A stretch of 20,000 nt of DNA, from NCBI GenBank assembly GCA_009602735.1, contig WELA01001035.1, positions 223,077 to 243,076 of the forward strand, written 5' to 3'. The notes below the pieces were generated by a model. It saw nothing but the letters and a program-made list of their open reading frames with translations, did no database searches and was not told the origin of the DNA. How positions within the stretch are numbered: position 1 is the first letter of the stretch; every line of letters starts with the position of its first letter. The position numbers were made by a program, and so were the translations under genes. Origin of the DNA: Mesotaenium endlicherianum. Its lineage: Eukaryota. Shown here one piece after another: positions 8,940 through 20,000 of this stretch.

Positions 8940-10340
8940 TCAGATAAAGCTAAGTTGACTGCCACCTCAGCTGCTGCCGATTCACGTCACGCAAAGGGGG
9001 AGGTCAACCCTGCCATGGCCCATTGGCACGGCTACCACGACGTAGCTGCCACGTCAGAGAACATGGTCTCGGCGGCCACGTCAAAGCACGTTGACCAAAA
9101 GGTTAAGCAGTCACGCACGAAGGTTACGGAGCTTGCATGCTAGTCGGCCTGATGTGACATAATTTGAGCACGAATTGTTTTGAGAATTGCATGCATGCAA
9201 GAGCCTGTCAAAGGCACAAGCCTTACACACTCTTCCTCACTCCTTCCTTGCAAATTTTGCCACAGAAGCAAGAAGAAAAAGGAAAGAGAGAAGAAGAAAG
9301 AAGGAAGAAAGATCGCAACGGAGAAGGAAAAAAAAGACTCAAGGCCGCAATCGAAGAGACACGCTTCAGCCGCGTAAGGATCTTTTGCTCCTCTCACGCT
9401 TTGTATCATAGAAGAGTTGAAATTCAGGAATTCCCAAACAGGCATTCTATAGTGAAAAATAGAGAGCTCGCAAATTCGATCAGCTAGGAGACTCTAGTGT
9501 AGGGTTTGATCAAGCACCACAAATGTGCGAATAGCACATAAATGGTGAAGTTTGTGTTAGTTTTTAAGTTCTCATAAGTCTCAATTGTCAAATTGCTAAA
9601 GCAAGAGCGAAGCTAGCAAGGAAACTCTTAGTGACAAACTGAGTGAGTCCAGCTTGCAATGAAGAGCTGGCAAGCGCAACTAAGAGAAAAAAGCTTAAGC
9701 CAGACTCTCATACATGCCATGGATTCAGAGTTATAGTAAGCTGGAACTTTGTAACGTTAGGAGAAAGCTCGGGTGGGTGTTTTTTTTTTTGAAAATTGGC
9801 ATTACTTGTTAACTTGCTTACGTGATTTCCGCAAATTAGAATTTGGTCAATTGTTTACCTCTCAACTTGGGCAAAAGCCTATTTGGTAGTAAGACACTTC
9901 TGTCTTACTTGTATGAAGAAATTTTTTGAGATTTTCGATTTTGCTAAATCCTGGAAAGGAATGTTGTAGGAGCCCTCGGTGTGAGCAACACCAGAGAGAC
10001 TCTAACCCTAAATTAGCTTGTGCCAGTGCAGGTTGACCAGCAGATAGTCAACCACAAGCAATCTGCGACCGACACACGTGTGAAGGTTGATCGACCAGGT
10101 TGACTACCCTCGTGCAAGGATTCACCGACAAGTTGACCAAGTTAAGGACGCACGCATAAGAAACTATCGGCACGTCGACCAGGTCGATGGCACACGTGCT
10201 GGGGTGTATCGCATGTGCCTTGGCCTCGATGCTTTTAGATACAACATCAATTCTTCAATGCATACCTGGACGTGGGTTGGTATTCTTCGCCGATTCTGAT
10301 TTCACATTCTTCATGTACTCCATTATTTTTATAATGTTAC
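8940..10340. mobile_element. Possible old LTR/TE relic
   Basis: Clustered GCCACGTCA/CACGT and GTTGACC/GTCAACC motifs, a GA-rich block and a degenerate 42-bp tandem repeat. Short collinear words (ATGGCACAC, GGGGTGTA, CTGATTTCACA) are shared with the end of the neighbouring LTR. No termini or TSD found. Confidence 0.3.
10090..10215. repeat. Degenerate 42-bp tandem repeat, 3 units
   Basis: Units start ATCGACCAGGTTGA, GTTGACCAAGTTAA and GTCGACCAGGTCGA at 10090, 10132 and 10174. Confidence 0.65.
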
Positions 10341-10426
10341 AAAATCTCTATGAGTAAGTGTATTGTGTATACTTATATTATATACTTTTATCAAGATAAT
10401 TGATGTAATATAAGATGATGTATAAT

Positions 10427-10924
10427 TGTAGTGAAACAGATAGATAAATTACTTAGTCAAATAGAATACTTTATCTAGTCAAGACAAGGATCTTTGAACA
10501 CAAGTGGTAGCTTCTTGAAAGAGAGATGACTTCTTGAAAGTTAATATATTTCTGGAATTTGGCACGTACAAGAGGGATTATGGAATGTCTTTCTATGTTC
10601 TAGCTCTTGTTTATATACTTGCTACATAAGTAAGTTCTAGGAAGGTGTGTGTTGATGTGTTGGCACCCAACACATCCCAAAACTTGCCCCCTATTTCTAG
10701 AATAATGTACACATGTCCTTTTGACCTAAAAATGGCACATATGACTTTTGCCACATGGAGTTCTTTTAGGTCCTTCCTCTAACTTCGAAAATGCCTTAGA
10801 AGGTTCAAAGGACATGAACCAAGTTACTAGAGTACCTATTCACACTTGACTCCACACAATACTACTCCAAATATATTCAAAAGCATTAAAATATATGCAA
10901 ACTAATATATTATAATTCAAATCA
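10427..10924. repeat. Left arm of ~500-bp inverted repeat (dispersed repeat family, LTR-like end TGTAGTGAAAC)
   Basis: Reverse complement of 11291-11784, with long shared blocks such as AAGACAAGGATCTTTGAACACAAGTGGTAGCTTCTTGA and AGAAGGTTCAAAGGACATGAACCAAGT. Roughly 80-85% identity by eye. Confidence 0.92.
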
Positions 10925-11290
10925 CTAAACTAATAGTATAAGAAGGAATTTTGATGTATGATGAATGATACAAAATGGAGAAATTAAAAGAGATGTAACT
11001 TTGTTTGAAATAAAAGTTTTAGGAGTAGAAATAAGTGTTGAATAGTAAGTCTAGGGAGAAAAAAAAGGGTGGAGAGCCACACTAACTATAGGGTATTATG
11101 TTTCTTATATTTTGCTCTTGTCCTTTAACCTTGTTGTTTCATTGCTTCAACTTTCTATGACTTCGATTGTACGCATGTAAACACTGCAGTGTACTTATTC
11201 TTTTCTTGGGTTCAACCATAAAGGTTAGAACTCTACCTCTCAATACTGAATTGGGGTCTCATTTAAGTAGGTATTAAATATGTACTGATA

Positions 11291-11784
11291 TGATTTGAAA
11301 TATATTAGTTAGTTTTTACTTTGATATTTTTGAATATTTCTGGAGTACTGTTGTGTGGAGTCAAGTGTGAATAGCTAATCTAGTGACTTGGTTCATGTCC
11401 TTTGAACCTTCTGAGACATTTTCGAAGTTAGAGGAAGGACCTCGAAGAACTCCATGTGGCAAAAGTCAAACATACCATTTATAGGTTAAAAAGACATGTG
11501 TACATTATTCTAAAAAGAGGTGGCAAGTTTTGGGATGTGTTGGGTGCCAACACATCAACATGCACCTTCCTAGCAATTATTTACGTAGCAAGTATATAAA
11601 CGAGAGCTACAACATAGGAAGGGCATTTTAGAATCACTCTTGTACTTGCCAAATTCAAAAAATATATTAATTTTCACGAAGCCATCTCTCTCTCAAGAAG
11701 CTACCACTTGTGTTCAAAGATCCTTGTCTTGTATAGATAAAGTATTCTATTTTATTAAATACTTTATCTATTTGTTTCACTACA
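11291..11784. repeat. Right arm of ~500-bp inverted repeat
   Basis: Inverted copy of 10427-10924. Contains TATATAAA at ~11593 and ends GTTTCACTACA. Confidence 0.92.
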
Positions 11785-11968
11785 AATTATATAATGTCAT
11801 ATTTTATACCCATAATGCACAATTACAGCATCATTGTGCTCTATTCCCTTCCTCATTCTACACGTGTTACATCTCCACCCATAGACTATCTGCATTGCTC
11901 TCTTGTGGTTGCAAGCTTGATTTATAGCTGCTGCTATTTGCTTATTTTTCTTGTCTACTGTTGCTAAT

Positions 11969-13177
11969 TGAAATGAATCTTGCTTATTCAAGATTAAAAT
12001 ACTTCATTTTAATATATAAGATCAGAGATAGGTGGAAGCGTGTGAAATCAGGGAGCGATCTTCGCCCTTATAATGAATTCCATTTACTCATCTACACCCC
12101 TTGACTCATTTACTGTAGTGTGCCATAGTTGCACACTAACACGAGGCACAAGTAAGAGGCGAGCTTGAGGACTTGAGCTTCTCCTTTAGAAACTCATGGC
12201 CTCTTGCCTACTAGGCATGCAAGCATGTATAGCACATGCATAACATCAGGGGACTGAATAGCAATGGCGCTCTCATTCAGGTGACCATAATGTAGCTAAA
12301 ACACATCCCACTGACTTAGGTGCAAAACCATGGAATCTGTCCGTTGTGTGACCCCAAAATGTAAGAGGGCATAAGTCTGCCAATACTACTTCAAATTGAG
12401 CAAACTTAACGGCAACGGATGCATCTTGACGAGACCTTTTCCGAAAGTTCTAGTTTGCTCCATTTGGAGCGCAGACGAAGCAGCCATGTGAATTTCCGTG
12501 AAGGCTGGTCATTAGAACGAACCCAAAAGTGCACACATGACTTGCAAGTAGAAATCCGACTGTAAAGCCTACTGTCCAGAATGAGGGACCACGAGATCCC
12601 AGCCTGCTATGTACCTAGTGACCACCTGGTTGACCACGGCGCAAGGTGCGCCGTTTCGTGGGAGACCCGTTAAGTTGGGACCCACGGATCTAGGTAAAAC
12701 GACCATATTAATTGGTCGGTTGACTGAAGTCCTAACTGTTCAGTTGGCTGACGACGGCTCCGCCCACCCAGGAGTTAACCACACTGGTAGGACATCGGTT
12801 TACCGAATCTTAGTCGACCTTCCGACTTTCAGTATACTACGGTCACATGTGCCAATCTACAAATAACAATCCAAATGAATATGTCTATCCTCAGCGTACT
12901 GAAGCTAAGTATATTGACTAATATCAAGCGAGCTTACTATATGTCAACCTACTGATATTATATCCTATACATAATTGATGTACAAATCTCAGCAAACTAC
13001 ACTATGGTACAAAAGTCATCTTGCTGACCTTTTTGACAAAGTAAGTAAAATTCGCATTACATCGACATACATTCATTTAGATGAATTCGCACATGTGAGT
13101 ATATAGACATAATACTTATTTAGTGTTATATTTATATATGCAATTAATTAAATAAAATAATGAATTGATTCATTACA
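11969..13177 (-). repeat. 3' LTR (1209 bp)
   Basis: Direct repeat of 16808-18000, preceded on the minus strand by the PPT. Confidence 0.95.
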
Positions 13178-13194
13178 ATCTCCCCAACTTAAAT
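13178..13194 (-). promoter_or_regulatory. Polypurine tract adjacent to 3' LTR
   Basis: ATTTAAGTTGGGGAGAT immediately before the TG of the 3' LTR. Confidence 0.85.
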
Positions 13195-14041
13195 CGTTGT
13201 CGCCTTGACAACACTCAACATATGATACTTTTATTTAAAAATACACTTCAGTCAACTAGGTGAAGCAAAGCAAGCAAACAAAACATGAGCGTGATATATT
13301 CACCTGTCCAGTGCAAGTAAAAATCAATCACAACAAATTGTCATGCAAGCAACCATCTGACTTCACAATGATTGACTGAAGACATGCATGGACTTACCCC
13401 TACTCACAATAGTCCTTCCGGTTGAAAGACATAATAGAGCACCTCACACCATGCAAACCACACCCAAATCAAACAGCCTCCTTTTGAGGTCAAAAGCTCA
13501 GCGTATTGAACTAAGCCTTTTCTCCTTCTCTTGGTCTTCAACTCCTGCCGTGCTCACACCTTGAAAGCTCTTCACAAGCAATTTTTTGTGACTTAGGTAC
13601 CTGCTCAAAATTCAGCGTACTGAAGAAAAAGAGAGACCATCTGGTTTGATGGCATTGAATGCCCTCACAAGAAGAGTAACATCAGGTTAATGAGCCAATG
13701 AAAATTTTAAATTTTAACCACATTTTCAGAACAATTTAAGTTCAACGAAACATATGGTTTTGAGCAATATGCTGGTCACCTCAAGCAGTTCTCTGATGTG
13801 CCATGCATCATTGCTACCCAATCCAACTTATGGCAATGTACTTACTCAATTAGTACGTACACTTGCTCCAACAGTGTACCGCAACTCACAGTTTACACCA
13901 GTCAGTCACTGATGCTCCTGATATTAATGCAGTACATACATAGGACGTGGCAGTGTATGACTCAGTTAGTACATACACTTGCTGCAGAGTATGCAGGTAA
14001 GCACAGCTTACTGCATACTCCTAATACACATCCCATCTCCC

Positions 14042-14057
14042 TCTCCCCAACTTAAAT
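14042..14057 (-). promoter_or_regulatory. Second, internal copy of the PPT motif
   Basis: 16-nt exact match (plus strand TCTCCCCAACTTAAAT) to 13179-13194. Confidence 0.75.
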
Positions 14058-16794
14058 AGCTGTCGATCCGACAGCTTTAACCACATAAGCACACCAGAAA
14101 GTGCCTACAACTCCGCATCATAGGAACCACACAGAGTAACAGTCACAGAGGATTGCGGAGGTACGAGTGGGTGGAGGAGAATCAACAAAGGAATACCGAG
14201 AGAGGACACAAAGTGCAAACACCCAAGTAAGCAAAAAAAACAAAAGAAAGTCCCTCCCTCCCAAAAATAAAAATAGTCCATTTTTCAAAATTAGATCAAT
14301 GACCGGAGTGGCATAGGGAAGAGTGTACTGCCATTCAGACCCTCTCACCACAAAGCCCTATCCATGAATAACCCAAACTCAAGCCAGCGTATTACATCCC
14401 TCCATTCGAGAGTGTAGATAGCTTGCTATGAGATGAAGACAACCGGCCCTATTAGCAAGTTTATCCATACCCAGAAGTAGCTCAGTTAGCTGACTCTACC
14501 AATGCTTACATACAATGACTCATACTGGTCATTCCTAGCAAGACATACACAAAAATGACAACCACCCAATGGTGAGAGTCAACAATCAAAGAGAAGAGGG
14601 ACCAGAAACAACCAACTATCATAGTTCTGATGTTTCAAGATACTCCCTCCTTCAGGCCTTACTGCCCGAAGTTGCCCAGAGGACAGGTGGGGAAGCGTCA
14701 CGTGGCAGCGTCCAGCATGCCAACTCCTCGGCCTCTCTCGACCTGTATGCACCATCGCTTCACACTCTGCTTGCTGGTCTCAGTCTGTTGAACAGACAAC
14801 AAACAAGTGTGTAAGTTGCCATCAATGAGCTTAAGCTACGCGTGGCAAACACCACACCCTAGCTGCATCAGTCCACTCAAGATCTGATGACTTCATCTTA
14901 CATAGTTTCCGGGAGGGTAAGGCAAACATTGGGATCACAAAGACTCAACCAATGACAATGGGCAAACACAGTATAGCTCAAAACCGAGTTCCTCTCTAAA
15001 GGCACATACATGGCACCTATTGTAATTGCAGCAAGCACCTAGCAAGCCAATGACAACAGCGTGCATAGATCCCTGGTAAGACTTTCGCACTGTAACCCCA
15101 AGCTAGCAAGAAGAATGTTTGTGCATCGGACTGAACAAGATCATTCAAGCCATGCATTGCGAGAACGTCTATAATGTCGATGGTCTCTTCTATCTTTACT
15201 TAAGTGTGCATAGTGAATCTATTACAGCAGGGCCCATTTTACACCTGCTCTACGGTATGCTAACGGCGATCCACTACCTCTAGCACCCGAGATGCAAATT
15301 CCATGCACCTGACGCATATACAAATGCATCTTGCATGCTACCTAGCATGCGCCTCTAGCGAGCTCAGTTAGCTGCGAGGCCGGCAGAAACTTAGCACACT
15401 GGTAATATGCNGTAATATGCCCAGATTGTCCCTATGGCGAAGACACAAACCTCCTAAAACTTAACCAAGTGTACAGGTGGCATCCAAAAACAAATAGCCA
15501 ATTGGACCTAAGGCAAGTAGTCAAACCCCCTCTAGTATCCACGTTGACTTTCCATACGTCAGTCAACACACCGTACAGACCTAAGTCTCGATATGCTCAT
15601 CTTATATGATTATCTCGCTAGCTCCTACGAGCCACAATCTCACAGTAAGACATGTCACGCACCAAGCATGGCGACACCAAGAGCTCGTTCAGCTCAAGCA
15701 CTCAATTTACTCATTGATCGCGGCTGCTCTTGGACACTTAACCTTTAATAAGTCATGCAAACCAAAGAGAGTTAAAGGAAAGTCCTTGCGTCCATAAGCC
15801 CAAGCCCTTAAACCCTTTAACCACATTAGGTCAAATAATCCAGCAGACTGACTTAACCTAAGTCAGCAATCACATAAGATCCGCATCCAAAAAACCTCTG
15901 CAAACTGACTAGACTTACCTTAAGCTTAAACCCCAAGCTCCTACGATCCCATCAAGTACCACCAAAGCACCGTCTCACACATAGCATTCAAGCACAAGGC
16001 ACATACCCTAAACCTTCCAGCCCACGTCAATGTGGCAAACGAGAGGAGCACACAATGTCATAGCCATGGTTGGGAATAGAGGGTATTTGTAGGATGCCAT
16101 TGTTGCTGTGGAAGCCTCTTCTCATAGAAGTTGCAGCATGCTAAAGTTTGTGGACGACGTAGTGCACTTGGACCGTGGCGACGAAAACCTGTCGTAATCC
16201 ATACTTGGAAACTTAAGTTAGTAAATCATGTGTGCACGCACTGTCTCAATTGCTCAACACATGCAGCCATACCCAAGCTCCCTCAACCTAGCTACCACAC
16301 ACATAATGAGAGAGGTACGTCTCTTGCACAGCAACAAGCTTAAACCCGAAGGGTTAGCACAACAGACTAACAAGTCCTCTAGCACCGCTGGAGTGCATAC
16401 CCCTCTCTATACTAGCCGTGGATTGCATATAACAACACACAACGACTATGATCAAGTGAGGTAAATGAGTCATATCCAGCTTGCTATGATGCAACTCTCT
16501 TGAGGCTGCCCTTGATGCTTACAGACTCCTCGTCCATCAAGCCTCCACTTTAGGCTTCTCCATGCGTGGATCTGTGCACAAGAGGCTAGGAAAGTCAAGT
16601 TAGTATGCCGCATAGTAAATTGGGCCCGAAGACACACTAGGTGAGCAAGTGGAAGGATCCTGGACAGGATGTGCAATGCTCTACATCATACACTTCTCCA
16701 AGCTCAACCTAGACTCATCATACCACACAAGTAAGCGTCACACACTTACCTCCTGAGACAAAGAAGACGAGCACGGACATTCAAGAAGGACTTA

Positions 16795-16806
16795 GCTCCG
16801 ATACCA
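16795..16806 (-). promoter_or_regulatory. Primer binding site, initiator-Met tRNA type
   Basis: TGGTATCGGAGC, 1 nt inside the 5' LTR; one mismatch to the canonical plant TGGTATCAGAGC. Confidence 0.9.
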
Positions 16807-16807
16807 C

Positions 16808-18000
16808 TGAAATGAATCTTGCTTATTCAAGATTAATATATTTCATTTAAATATATAAGATCAAAGATAGGTGGAAGCGTGTGAAATCAGGGAGCGATCT
16901 TCGCCCTTATAATGAATTCCATTTACTCATCTACACCCCTTGACTCACTTACCGTAGTGTGCCATAGTTGCACACTAACACGAGGCACAAGTAAGAGGCG
17001 AGCTTGAGGACTTGAGCTTCTCCTTTAGAAACTCATGGCCTCTTGCCTACCAGGCATGCAAGCATGGATAGCACATGCATAACATCAGGGGACTGAATAG
17101 CAAAGGCGCTCTCATTCAGGTGACCATAATGTAGCTAAAACACATCCCACTGACTTAGGTGTAAAACCATGGAATCTGTCCGATATGTGACCCCCAAATG
17201 TCAGAGGGCATAACTCTGCCAATACTACTTCAAATTGAGCAAACTTAACGGCAACGGATGCATCTTGACGAGACCTTTTCCGAAAGTCCTAGTTTGCTGC
17301 ATTTGGAGCGCAGACGAAGCAACCATGTCAATTTCCGTGAAGGCTGGTCATTAGAACGAACCCAAAAGTGCACACATGACTTGCAAGTAGAAATCCGACT
17401 GTAAAGCCTACTGTCCAGAATGAGGGACCACGAGATCCCAGCCTGCTATGTACCTAGTGACCACCTGGTTGACCACGGCGCAAGGTGCGCCGTTTCGTGG
17501 GAAACCCGTTAAGTTGGGACCCACGGATCTAGGTAAAACGACCATATTAATTGGTCGGTTGACTGAGGTCCTATTTGCTTAGTTGGCTGACGACGACTCC
17601 GCCCACCCAGGAGTTAACCACAATGGTAGGACATTGATTTACCGAATCTCAGTTGACCTCCCGACTTTCAGTATACTACGGTCACATGTGCCAATCTACA
17701 AATAACAATCTAAATGAATATGTCTATCCTCAGTGTACTGAAGCTAAGTCTATTGACTAATATCAAGCGAGCTTACTATATGTCAACCTACTGATATTAT
17801 ATCCTATACATAACTCATATATAAATCTCAGCAAACTACACTATGGTACAAAAGTCATCCTGCTGACCTTTTTGACAAAGCTACATCGACATACATTTAT
17901 TTAGATGAACTCGCACATGTGAGTATATAGACATAATACTTATTTAGTGTTATATTTATATATGCAATTAATCAAATAAATCATGAATTGATTCATTACA
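16808..18000 (-). repeat. 5' LTR (1193 bp)
   Basis: TGTAATG...ATTTCA on the minus strand. Aligns end to end with 11969-13177, with roughly 40-45 substitutions counted by eye, one ~15-nt indel and one 1-nt indel. Confidence 0.95.
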
Positions 18001-19678
18001 CTAATTGTAAAATACTGTTTTCTTCTTGAACAGCACTGCTACAATTTCTCCCTGTGCAGCACTGCTGCTTCTTTTTGCTAGGCAGCATTGCAACCCGTCT
18101 CATCTCTGCTCTTCCTCATCACTTGAATGTAAGTATTGAATGAAGGATGTTAATGATTTGAGTTTTATTATATGTGAATATGTATCGGTGTGCTTATGAG
18201 CTATGCAAACCAAGTTGGACAATGCAGCATCGCATCTCTACAACGTATAAATTAGTGTGAGGGCGTGTGTGAGGTGAGGTTATAAATCATCTCTTGATTT
18301 TGTGTATTTGACTCTCATGGGCTATGCAGTCTTGTGGGTTTCTTGTGTGACTTACAATGTTTGTGGCCATGCATGAGTGGTCTATTGTAGGTGGGTGGGT
18401 AGGATCCTATTACCACTCATTACAGTAAGTTACACTTGCATGCTGAGAGCTTGCACAGTGCTAATTTATATAAACGTAGAGGAAGAGAGCATCTGCTCTG
18501 GAAGGTCATGGGACGATGGAGTGCATTTTGTGCTCAGTCTGATATAAAATTTGTTGGTTGGTTAAGTACTAGAAAACTATGAATATCGAAAGTTTTACTA
18601 TGTTTTGTTTAAGGTCAATTGGCAACTGTCCTTCATTTGTCGTGAGCGCAACCGTCAGATTCACCAACAACGTCGAGCGATCTGGGCCGTTGGAGAAAAT
18701 TCGAACCTTCACGTAATTTTGGCGTGGAATAGCGATCAGGTCAAACTACCTAGAAGTTTCAGATTAACCAAGCGTGCCTAAACTAGTATATTTTAGAGAC
18801 TTTTGTGCATGTACGTGGACGTCAAGTCGACCCGACCTGTCAGATTAGGCTAAAGCGGCATACTCATGCATATTATGGAAGGGACGATTTGATAAACACT
18901 TATAAATATTGTTGCTAAGCGAACCTCCCTCCTAGAAAGGAGTTGGATCTGAAATAATTAATATACATAATTTCTTCATTCCTCATTATTTTTCACTTCT
19001 GCACATTCTCACGAGTTTGTAGAAGCAAGGCCTTTCATTCTATTCCATTCGTGAACACTTTCTTCCTATCCAATATGTTCAATGAATATCCAATGCTTTC
19101 TTAGTGATATGTTGCTGCACTCTAGAATATTATTTCGACTAGTCTGATTATTCTTGAATGAGTGCGCTTCCAATAGTGCACTCAGCCTCTTTCATGCTCT
19201 CTTCTTGTGTTGAAAAGTGAAATAAGAAAAAGATAAGTTCCATATGTGGCGAGCATTATATGCTCGCCTCTTTCTTATCTCGATGTTGGATGCACTTTTA
19301 AACTTGAATCCATTAAAGATTGAATATACATTGCTAGAATAGAAACTTGGTCCGCAATCATGCATGTCACAATTGACGACACATTGCGCGCATGAGAGCG
19401 AGCACTGCAACTCATTCTTCGATACCATCTCAGCCCAATAAGCGTCCAACCTTGTAGCGACAACAGCTGCGTCTGACATGCAGGCCAGGCATGTCTCGTG
19501 TGAGTGCGTGGCGATATAACGAGCATGCATGCGCGCATGAGAGCAAGCAGCTGCTGCCAGTTGTGGCTTTTCCCATTCGATGTTTACCCTGCCCCAGGCG
19601 CTCAAGAGAAAGGTGTGAGACTTTCTGGCGAGGGCGGATTAAAGAAGCCGCTAGTGGCTGTGTGAAGCTTATGCTCCC

Positions 19679-19879
19679 TGTAGTGAAACAGATAAATAAA
19701 GTACTTAGAGGAATAAAATACTTCATTTATCAAAAATAAGGATCTTTGAATACAAGTGCTAGCTTCTTGAAAAGAAGATGGCTTCTTTAAAGTTAATACG
19801 TTTCTGGAATTTGGCAAGGACAAGAGTGATTCTGGGATGCCTATCTATGTTCTAGCTCTTGTTTATATACTTGCTACAT
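19679..19879. repeat. Third, truncated copy of the same repeat family (same orientation as the left arm)
   Basis: Starts TGTAGTGAAACAGATA and matches 10427-10627, e.g. TATGTTCTAGCTCTTGTTTATATACTTGCTACAT. Stops at a GA-rich tract. Confidence 0.92.
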
Positions 19880-19883
19880 GAGC

Positions 19884-19956
19884 AGAGGGGGAAAGAGAGG
19901 GAGTGAGAGAGGGAGAGAGAGAAAGCAAGGGAGAGAGGGAAAGAGTAAGAAATGGA

Positions 19957-20000
<44 letters not shown>
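19884..20000. repeat. GA-rich low-complexity tract ending in a (GA)n microsatellite
   Basis: Direct inspection; pure (GA)n from 19961 to the window end. Confidence 0.95.

Larger units (their letters stand above)
11969..18000 (-). mobile_element. Full-length LTR retrotransposon, non-autonomous or decayed (LARD-like), ~6.03 kb
   Basis: Two direct repeats with TG...CA ends; 5-bp TSD CTAAT at 11964-11968 and 18001-18005; PBS next to the right LTR and PPT next to the left LTR give minus orientation. No ORF over ~90 aa in the 3.6-kb interior. Confidence 0.95.

Noticed and set aside
10087..10299. 70-aa ORF with a repeated DQV 14-mer
   Set aside because: Simply the translation of a degenerate 42-bp DNA repeat; TTG start and no coding support.
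14478..15374. AGCTCAGTTAGCTG at ~14479 and 15361 resembling a tRNA A-box
   Set aside because: No B-box or cloverleaf follows either copy; at most a short internal repeat of the element.
15401..15420. GGTAATATGC-N-GTAATATGC direct repeat
   Set aside because: Duplication around a single N is typical of a contig-join artefact.
19192..19605. 137-aa minus-strand ORF and the hairpin GGCGAGCAT-TAT-ATGCTCGCC (~19247-19267) as a Helitron end
   Set aside because: No recognisable domain, TTG start, and no CTRR terminus at the expected distance on either strand.
1..20000. CRISPR array or prokaryotic defence system
   Set aside because: Spliceosomal introns, a Pol III tRNA gene and LTR elements show eukaryotic DNA; no repeat-spacer array is present.

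Overview
Eukaryotic nuclear DNA, probably from a streptophyte alga or other non-seed plant (inferred from a plant-type MYB3R gene with very GC-rich exons next to AT-richer repeats). Positions 1-7590 (minus strand) hold the first seven coding exons of a three-repeat MYB (MYB3R) transcription factor. All splice sites and phases can be reconstructed, and the very large last exon runs off the left edge without a stop. A tRNA-Val(CAC) gene (8534-8607, minus) marks the switch to repeat-rich DNA. That DNA contains a probable old LTR-like relic (~8.9-10.3 kb) and a ~500-bp inverted-repeat pair (10427-11784) with a third truncated copy at 19679. It also contains a complete 6.03-kb LTR retroelement (11969-18000, minus; CTAAT target-site duplication, iMet-type PBS, ~96% identical LTRs) with no intact gag/pol ORF and two hairpin-associated polypurine tracts. 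I see no clearly new biological system. The best leads are the non-coding LTR element with its duplicated hairpin+PPT module, the fold-back repeat, and the uORF-stacked MYB3R leader.
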